Part shown: piece after piece, positions 24,370 to 32,000 of the stretch
How the letters are laid out: each line of letters opens with the position of its first letter
How positions within the stretch are numbered: the stretch's first letter is position 1
DNA from: Nitrosopumilales archaeon
Lineage (GTDB): Archaea; Thermoproteota; Nitrososphaeria; Nitrososphaerales; Nitrosopumilaceae
NCBI GenBank assembly: GCA_007280335.1
Contig: QYQE01000046.1
Span: 1-32,000, forward strand
Reading direction: 5' to 3'
Length of the DNA: 32,000 nt
The notes under the pieces: model-generated
What the model was told of the DNA's origin: nothing
Databases searched by the model: none
Seen by the model: only the letters and a program-made list of their open reading frames with translations
Program-made: the position numbers and the translations under genes

Positions 24370-24993
24370 TTATGATGCTACTCGAAGAAACCTTTCTTCA
24401 ACCTCAGTCCAGTTGACTACATTCCACCAAGCTTGTATGTAATCAGCTCGCCTGTTTTGATACTTGAGATAATACGCATGCTCCCATACATCTAATCCTA
24501 ATAACGGAATAGCACTTTGTGTATAAGGACTAGTCTGGTTTTCTGTTGTTCTAAATTCTATTCTAGAAAAGGTTTGATTGTAAACTAGCCAACCCCAACC
24601 ACTTCCCTGTATTGCAGATGTGCCAGCAGAAAATTTTTCTTTAAACTCTTTGAAGCTTCCAAAGTAAATCTTTATCTCATCAGCAAGTCTGCCTCCTGGC
24701 TCTCCTCCACCATTTGGTTTCATGCTCTCCCAGAACAATTTGTGATTTTCAAATCCACCGCCGTAAAAATTAATTGCGTTTCTTATGTTTTCAGGAACGG
24801 AACTTAGATCTGATAAAATTCCAACAATATAGTTTTTGTGAGTTAGAGCGTTAATGCTTTGTAACGCTGCGTTTAGACCATCTGCATAAGCTTGGTGGTG
24901 CTTGGCATGATGTATCTCCATCGTCTTTGTATCTATGTGTGGTTCTAAGGCATCGTATGAATATGGCAATGGTGGCACAACATATGTTCCCAT
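24370..24993 (-). CDS. sod: Fe/Mn-family superoxide dismutase
   Basis: 207 aa. 'LPYSYDALEPHIDTKTMEIHHAKHHQAY' and the metal-ligand motif 'DVWEHAYYLKYQNRRADYI'. Confidence 0.95.
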   Translation of the reverse strand: MGTYVVPPLPYSYDALEPHIDTKTMEIHHAKHHQAYADGLNAALQSINALTHKNYIVGILSDLSSVPENIRNAINFYGGGFENHKLFWESMKPNGGGEPGGRLADEIKIYFGSFKEFKEKFSAGTSAIQGSGWGWLVYNQTFSRIEFRTTENQTSPYTQSAIPLLGLDVWEHAYYLKYQNRRADYIQAWWNVVNWTEVEERFLRVAS

Positions 24994-25077
24994 GATTTTT
25001 CTTTGAAAAATTCGTCTTATATCCTAACTGGCCAAATCTGCCTAAAGTATTAATCATAATCATGGACAACAACTATT

Positions 25078-25776
25078 GTGAAAATAGAACAAAAAATAGA
25101 ACCTGACATTCAAAAGCCGCTAATTATTGCGGCCATGCAAGACATGGGAGATGTTGGCAGTATTGTGATTGATTTTATTAACAAAAGCCTTGACACATAT
25201 CCATTTAGAGAAATCGCTTCATCGCTTCCAGGATATGTAATTGACAATGGAGGTTTCATAGAATTGCCAGAGGAAACATGGGAGTATAGGTATACTAAAG
25301 ATACGATTGTCTTTGGTGGCGGCGCAGGACAACCGCAAACAAACGAAGAGCTAAACGAGTTGTGTCAGGATGTGATTGGTATTGCAAAAAAATATTCTGC
25401 TAGATTCATCTATACTGTAGGGGGATTTCATACCCCACGTGATTTTGGGAAAGAACCAAAAACCTTTGTTACAACAACATCTGCAAGCCTTGCAGATAGA
25501 GTAAGAAAGTTAGGTGTAGAAACTACCCCGGAACAATCTATTATCACTGGTTTTAATGGCCTTATTCTTGGTTTTGCAAAACTAAACAACATTGAAGGTA
25601 TTGGACTGTATGGCGAGCTAAATGACCCAAAGGTCCCTCAATACCGCTCATCTAAAAGCATCATTAAGACATTGGAGAAATTAACGTACCAGAAATTTGA
25701 TGACACTGCAGAACTTGATGTGATGGCAGATGCAGTTGAAGACAAGGTGCGCACCAGAGGATCTCTTGATATCTGA
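25078..25776 (+). CDS. PAC2-family (proteasome assembly chaperone-like) protein
   Basis: 232 aa with a GTG start. 'PLIIAAMQDMGDVGSIVIDFI' and 'ITGFNGLILGFAKLNNIEGIGLYGE' fit the PAC2 pattern. There is no C-terminal HbYX motif (ends ...GSLDI). Confidence 0.5.
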   Translation: MKIEQKIEPDIQKPLIIAAMQDMGDVGSIVIDFINKSLDTYPFREIASSLPGYVIDNGGFIELPEETWEYRYTKDTIVFGGGAGQPQTNEELNELCQDVIGIAKKYSARFIYTVGGFHTPRDFGKEPKTFVTTTSASLADRVRKLGVETTPEQSIITGFNGLILGFAKLNNIEGIGLYGELNDPKVPQYRSSKSIIKTLEKLTYQKFDDTAELDVMADAVEDKVRTRGSLDI

Positions 25777-25868
25777 TTTTTTTTATTAAATTATTGTACT
25801 GTCGCTGATAAAATTCATAGCTAGAAAATTCTTTTTTAATTAGCAGTATAGGTGAATTATGAATACAT

Positions 25869-26591
25869 ATGAAAGATTATGATTTTGAAGGTAAGGTAGT
25901 CTTGATCACTGGAGGAACTGGGTCATTAGGCAGAGCAGTCTGCTTGGCATTTCTAAAATCAAACGCGGTTGCAGCAATAACACATGTTACGGATAAAGAA
26001 ATTCCAAAACTTGAATCCACACTTGGGGATTTAATGAAGAAAGTCATACTGCTCAAAGCAGACATTGGTGATGAACAACAGGTAAAAAATCTGGTATCTG
26101 ATGTTGTGAAAAAATATGGCCTCATTGATATTTTGATCAATGTGGTTGGCGGATATATTGGTGGGAAAAAAGTAACAGAGATGACTGAAAAAGAATGGGA
26201 CTTGATGATGAATCTGAATTTGAAAACAGCCTTTTTGATTAGTAAACACGTGGTAGAACAAATGGTGAGGCAAGGTTCTGGTAAAGTTGTTCATGTTGCA
26301 GCCAGGTTGGGACTAAAAGGAATTGGCGGCAACTCTGCTTATGGAGCATCAAAATCAGGTCTCATCAGACTTGTTGAATCTCTGTCAGATGAAGTCAAGG
26401 ACAAAAACATCAATGTGAATTGCATAATGCCAAGCATCATAGATACTGACGCAAACAGAAAAGACATGCCAAACGCAGATTTTTCAAAGTGGGTTAAACC
26501 GTCAGAAATTGCTAGAGTTATGCTTTTTCTTGCATCTGAGGATTCAAGACAGATTCACGGTGCGGCTATACCAGTTTATGGCCTAGTCTAA
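25869..26591 (+). CDS. Short-chain dehydrogenase/reductase (FabG-like SDR)
   Basis: 240 aa. Cofactor motif 'TGGTGSLG', 'INVVGG', and catalytic 'YGASK' (YxxxK). Confidence 0.85.
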   Translation: MKDYDFEGKVVLITGGTGSLGRAVCLAFLKSNAVAAITHVTDKEIPKLESTLGDLMKKVILLKADIGDEQQVKNLVSDVVKKYGLIDILINVVGGYIGGKKVTEMTEKEWDLMMNLNLKTAFLISKHVVEQMVRQGSGKVVHVAARLGLKGIGGNSAYGASKSGLIRLVESLSDEVKDKNINVNCIMPSIIDTDANRKDMPNADFSKWVKPSEIARVMLFLASEDSRQIHGAAIPVYGLV

Positions 26592-27366
26592 ATCTTGCAA
26601 CTATTATTGTTGCAATTATGGAAACAACCAAAATCATTCCTGCTATTGGGCCAAATTCTGGAACAACAGCGCTGCCAACAACACTAACTTGCTCTGTTAA
26701 TGAAGAGATAGGTATTGTTACAACACTAATGCCAATCTGAGATTCTACTGTGAAATTTTTTATAAACTGACCATCAACTTGTACTCCAAGAAATGGTGCA
26801 CTTACTAATCTGGTTGGAAGATTGAGTACTAGAATACTGTCAGAATCTACTTTGCCTACTAGAGTAAAAGTAACTGATTTGTCTTTTGGATCGATTACTG
26901 CGCTAATGATATCTTTTGGTGATGCATATTGCACATTGAATGTCGTCTTACCATCGCCTGCACCTGCACCAACATCATTTATTATTTTGTAACCTGTTTG
27001 GGTAGCTTGGACATTTAATGTGCCAGTCATCCATGGATATGTCTTATCGTAGAAATGAATGACTCCAATATCTGTAGTCTTTAATGTGTAGCTAAAATAT
27101 TGCCCGAGTTCCATTGGACCGCTGTCAAACCTCCCGTCTGGATTACCCGGGGTACCAGAAGTAACTGAATGAGTAACCTGGTCTCCATTGCTCCATTGTA
27201 CTGTTTCTCCGACTAACGCATTAGTAGATGGTGGAGAAAAAGTGCGGCTTACCTGCTGATCCGCTGCACCTCTCATGATTATGATCTGGACAGTATCTGC
27301 AAATGATGAAGAAACTAGTGGAATCAGTAAAACAAGAATTGCCAAAGATATTATGATTTTACGCAC
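26566..27366 (-). CDS. Exported cupredoxin-like protein lacking the canonical Cys/His copper ligands, with beta-rich module and PEFG-type C-terminal anchor
   Basis: 266 aa. Signal 'IIISLAILVLLIPLVSSSFA'. Plastocyanin-like 'VGETVQWSNGDQVTHSV...FDSGPMELGQYFSYTL...IHFYDKTYPWMTGTLNV'. C-terminus 'VVPEFGPIAGMILVVSIIATIIVARFR'. Confidence 0.7.
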   Translation of the reverse strand: MRKIIISLAILVLLIPLVSSSFADTVQIIIMRGAADQQVSRTFSPPSTNALVGETVQWSNGDQVTHSVTSGTPGNPDGRFDSGPMELGQYFSYTLKTTDIGVIHFYDKTYPWMTGTLNVQATQTGYKIINDVGAGAGDGKTTFNVQYASPKDIISAVIDPKDKSVTFTLVGKVDSDSILVLNLPTRLVSAPFLGVQVDGQFIKNFTVESQIGISVVTIPISSLTEQVSVVGSAVVPEFGPIAGMILVVSIIATIIVARFRLGHKLV

Positions 27367-27461
27367 GTCACAATCTAGAATTATTAGTTAATAGATTTTA
27401 CTGGTGAAAAATTCTTTACTTAATGCATTTTTGGAACAAAGAATGATGTGTTAATTTTGTA

Positions 27462-28118
27462 TTATTTGCGCTTTAATATTCTGGTTATGGATTGCGTGAT
27501 TTTCTCGACTTTTTTTGTGGCACCTATGAATAGAAAAGATACTCCAACACCAAGTAGTATTCCGCCTACAACATCCAAAGGATAGTGTCCGCCAACATAT
27601 ACTCTTGAAATGCACACAAGTGCAGCTTCTGCAGTCAAAGCTAGAGATATTGCCAGTTTTCTTTTTGAATCTCGAAATAATGCTAAGGCGATGGCTGCAC
27701 CAGCAGAAACTATCGTTGCATGACCGGATGGATAAGAATACTCTGAATCTTGGGCTAGTAAAAAGTCAGATTCTGGAATTGTTGGGTGCGGTCTTTGTAC
27801 TATCTCTTTTGCGGCAAAACCTATTGGTATTAGAACAATGAATGCTAGTACCAAAACCACTGCAGTCTTTTTACCAGACATGCCACCAAATATGAACAAA
27901 AGAATTACCGTCATTATCCAGAATGCTTCTCTACCATATTCTGTTAGCCAAACCATAATCTTGTTGAGAAAATTAACGTGAGAATTGTTCACTTTTAAAA
28001 ATGCTGATGTATCCTTAGAAACTATACTGTGATTGTTGTTTGCTAGTGGTGAAACTAGTATGGCTAAAACTACAAACAATGCAAGAATGATAATTGAAGA
28101 TATGTGATATCTGCTCAA
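27462..28118 (-). CDS. PAP2-family membrane phosphatase (phosphatidic acid / undecaprenyl-PP phosphatase-like)
   Basis: 218 aa. All three PAP2 motifs are present: 'KEIVQRPHP' (KxxxxxxRP), 'PSGH', and 'SRVYVGGHYPLD' (SRxxxxxHxxxD). Confidence 0.85.
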   Translation of the reverse strand: MSRYHISSIIILALFVVLAILVSPLANNNHSIVSKDTSAFLKVNNSHVNFLNKIMVWLTEYGREAFWIMTVILLFIFGGMSGKKTAVVLVLAFIVLIPIGFAAKEIVQRPHPTIPESDFLLAQDSEYSYPSGHATIVSAGAAIALALFRDSKRKLAISLALTAEAALVCISRVYVGGHYPLDVVGGILLGVGVSFLFIGATKKVEKITQSITRILKRK

Positions 28119-28132
28119 ATCAATTAATTCTC

Positions 28133-29437
28133 CTAGATGCTGGCAGAAAAACGATTTGATGCATCAATAAGATCTTTTACGTCTGATTGTGAATGTGAGT
28201 AAGAAAATGCCCCAAGTTTGCCTGGTAGGAAAAATATTCCGTCTTTTGCTATCATCTCAAAATGATATTTGTGAAGCATGTCAGTATCACACATGGCAGC
28301 ATCTGTGGCATTTCTGATTTGAGTGATTCCGTTTGATGCAAAATGTGTCATAAAAAGCGAACCCATTCCAGTTGTAATTACCTTGCCATCAAAGACTTTG
28401 TCTAATTTTTTTCTTGCCAGATTTCCTAGATTTCCAATTTTAGAATAAACTGAATTATTTTTTTTAAGAAATGAAAGCATGGCACGACCAGATGTCATTG
28501 TGATTGGATTTGCAGAAAACGTTCCTCCACCAATGTAAGAACGGTCTAGTTTTTTGTGTGATCGTGTATTTGATATTTCCATAATCTCATCTTTTCCACA
28601 AATTACTCCGATTGGAAATCCCCCACCTACAATTTTTCCTAGCGTGGCAATGTCTGGATCAAGATTCATTGTTTTGTAATGACACCCAAACGAAAATCTA
28701 AACCCAGTAACAATTTCATCAAGTAAAAATAACGCATTATTTTTGTGCACAAACTCTTGAATTCCTAAAAGATATTCTTTTGTTGCAGGAATGCATCCAC
28801 CGCCTCCAAGCATAGGTTCTATAATTACTCCTGCAAGATCATTTTTTACACGGTTCAAAATTTCAAGAGATTTTTCCAAGTCATTGTATGGAATTGAAAC
28901 AATGTATTTTTCATCAACCAATCCAGCACTTTCAGTTTCATTAAACGGATAGTTGACTGATTTTAAAAGATCTGAGGTATAGCCATGCCAGCCACCGTCA
29001 ATTTTTGCAATTATTTTTTTCCCAGTTGTCGAACGCGCAATTCTTACTGCATACATTGTTGCCTCAGTGCCACTGGAGACATAACGAATCTTTTCTGCAA
29101 CTGGTACTGCCTTTTGAATTATTTCTGAAAATGATATTGTCATCTCATTTACTGTTCCATGCATCCAACAAGACGGCAACTGTTTTTTTACCAAATTTGC
29201 AACCGAAGGAGCTGCATGGCCCAAAATCAAACTCCAGTGACCCATCCAATAATCGGTGTACTTGTTCCCATCCACATCGTAGACGTACTTGCCCTTTGCT
29301 GATTTGGTTACAAAGGGATAAGGATCAAAGAACCTGATGTTATGCGATACTCCGTTTACATGAAATTTCTTGGACTTTGCAAAAAGCAGTCTTGACTTTT
29401 TGGTTTTCTTTTTGTATATCTCTAAAGCGCTTAGCAA
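28133..29437 (-). CDS. Class-III PLP aminotransferase, glutamate-1-semialdehyde 2,1-aminomutase-like
   Basis: 434 aa with a TTG start. '[21 protein letters not shown]', '[14 protein letters not shown]', 'DEIVTGFR', and PLP-lysine context '[14 protein letters not shown]'. The N-terminus diverges from canonical HemL. Confidence 0.75.
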   Translation of the reverse strand: MLSALEIYKKKTKKSRLLFAKSKKFHVNGVSHNIRFFDPYPFVTKSAKGKYVYDVDGNKYTDYWMGHWSLILGHAAPSVANLVKKQLPSCWMHGTVNEMTISFSEIIQKAVPVAEKIRYVSSGTEATMYAVRIARSTTGKKIIAKIDGGWHGYTSDLLKSVNYPFNETESAGLVDEKYIVSIPYNDLEKSLEILNRVKNDLAGVIIEPMLGGGGCIPATKEYLLGIQEFVHKNNALFLLDEIVTGFRFSFGCHYKTMNLDPDIATLGKIVGGGFPIGVICGKDEIMEISNTRSHKKLDRSYIGGGTFSANPITMTSGRAMLSFLKKNNSVYSKIGNLGNLARKKLDKVFDGKVITTGMGSLFMTHFASNGITQIRNATDAAMCDTDMLHKYHFEMIAKDGIFFLPGKLGAFSYSHSQSDVKDLIDASNRFSASI

Positions 29438-29458
29438 TAACCAAACTATCTGACAGAA

Positions 29459-29466
29459 TAATATTT
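29459..29466 (-). promoter_or_regulatory. Candidate TATA box for the aminotransferase gene
   Basis: Minus-strand 'aaatatta' lies 22-29 bp upstream of the TTG start at 29437. Confidence 0.3.
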
Positions 29467-29509
29467 AGTGATCGCAAGATACTGGAAAAAATTTCCATTT
29501 TAGGCATGG

Positions 29510-29518
29510 TTTATATTA
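29510..29518 (+). promoter_or_regulatory. Candidate rRNA operon TATA box
   Basis: 'tttatatta' lies ~205 bp upstream of the mature 16S 5' end. It is the strongest TATA-like element in the 286-bp divergent spacer. Confidence 0.4.
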
Positions 29519-29723
29519 TTTCGGTTTGATCCACTTTTTGCATACGTAACAGCAAGGCGGCGCTTGTGATGATTGTGTTGGTAATGTACCATTTTGTGAT
29601 TCACAGGCCTCCAGTTGCGCATACAAGATGTGGATTCGACCTAAACAGTCTTATCTGAAATTCGAAGAAATGTGCATTCCGACCAATTCCCAATAAAATA
29701 TACTTCTAATAATACGATAAATG

Positions 29724-31194
<1,471 letters not shown>

Positions 31195-31348
31195 AAACAT
31201 AATTGGGTTGTGTGGGTTGCCCACACTTTTCTTCAACAAAAAAGATGCAACTGGACAAGAAATTGTTCGGTGAAGGACGTAGCTGGTACCCGTAACCTGG
31301 GACTAGCGATGATCGTCGTGTATAGTCGTGTAATATTATGACTGAATA
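31195..31348 (+). other. 16S-23S internal transcribed spacer without tRNA
   Basis: About 150 nt lie between the 16S 3' end and the inferred 23S 5' end, and no cloverleaf-capable segment is present. It contains the hairpin GTGTGGG-ttg-CCCACAC at 31210..31226. Confidence 0.7.
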
Positions 31349-32000
31349 TGCTGATGTGCCGACGCCAATAGAGGGATGGCTTGGCTTGAGAAGAGATGAA
31401 GGACGTGGCAAGCTGCGATAAGCTTAGGGTAGGTGCAGGCGACCTATGATCCTGAGATGTCCGAATAGGAATCCAATGCGTTAAGCATACTCAATTACAA
31501 TGGTAGTTGAGATCGAACCGTGGGAAGTGAAGCATCTGAGTACCACGTGGAAAAGAAATCAACAGAGATTTCCCAAGTAGCGGCGAGCGAAAAGGAAAGA
31601 GCCCAAACTGAATCTGCCATGGTAACATGGTAGAGATGTGGTGTTGTTATGATATTACGATCCTCAAATCAGAGCTTAAGTGGCCTGGAAAGGCCTGGCG
31701 AAGAAGGTGAAACCCCCGTGAGCGAAGGAAGAGAGGATCTTATCATAACGCGAGTAGTTGTCCTTGGTAGTGGGCAATGAATATAGGTGAAAGTAGCATC
31801 TAAGGCTAAATATTTCTCAAGACCGATAGCGGAGTAGTACCGTGAGGGAAAGCTGAAAAGTACCCCGGAAGGGGGGTGAAAAGTGCCTGAAATCTATTGG
31901 TTACAGACGTGCATGGCATGAAAGGAGTTTTTGTCAGATTGGAGGTTCTAGCAATAGGGCTGAAGGTCTGGCGTTCATAGCTCCAGTGTCATGCGTTCCG
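31349..32000 (+). rRNA. rrl: 23S (LSU) ribosomal RNA, 5' portion, continues beyond the window (5' boundary approximate)
   Basis: 'GGATGGCTTGGCTTGAGAAGAGATGAAGGACGTGGCAAGCTGCGATAAGC' aligns with the conserved 23S 5' domain (E. coli ~26-75). It also contains 'GTAGCGGCGAGCGAA' and 'GTACCGTGAGGGAAAG'. Confidence 0.9.

Noticed and set aside
29618-29650. T-loop-like 'gtggattcgacc' in the rRNA leader as a possible tRNA
   Set aside because: No acceptor, D or anticodon stems can be drawn around it. It is most likely part of the pre-rRNA leader structure.

Overview
AT-rich archaeal chromosomal segment. The 16S rRNA 5' end (AATCCGGTTGATCCTGCCGGA...), a 16S-23S spacer with no tRNA, a NirK-like multicopper protein and PEFG-type C-terminal anchors point to an ammonia-oxidising thaumarchaeon (Nitrosopumilales, possibly Nitrosoarchaeum-like). 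That assignment is by eye only. The window holds about 36 protein genes, mostly on the minus strand and tightly packed, many with TTG/GTG starts. It ends in an rRNA operon: complete 16S, ITS and the first ~650 nt of 23S. Most genes are housekeeping: MiaB-like methylthiotransferase, aspartase/fumarase-family lyase, SerA-like dehydrogenase, L15e, TruD, M1 aminopeptidase, Na+/H+ antiporter, SOD, SDR, PAP2 and a class-III aminotransferase. The stand-out is a 462-aa ORF (13436..14824, minus) carrying tubulin-type rather than FtsZ-type nucleotide-binding motifs, i.e. an artubulin-like gene. It sits 10 bp from an uncharacterised 181-aa coiled-coil protein, in a co-directional run with an exported beta-propeller and TruD, and directly downstream of a coupled TPR/SHOCT-like pair. 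A second, degenerate tubulin/FtsZ-superfamily gene lies 12 kb away (137..1090). Other points are two PEFG-CTERM surface proteins (one a cupredoxin-like domain without the Cys/His copper ligands), a beta-rich module shared by three surface proteins, a ~41-aa N-terminal domain shared by two otherwise unrelated proteins, and a tandem C-terminal WW...ISDNDF...IQYLIK motif. I saw no CRISPR array, transposase, integrase or tRNA. All calls rest on motif recognition by eye plus the supplied ORF track; no database search was run.
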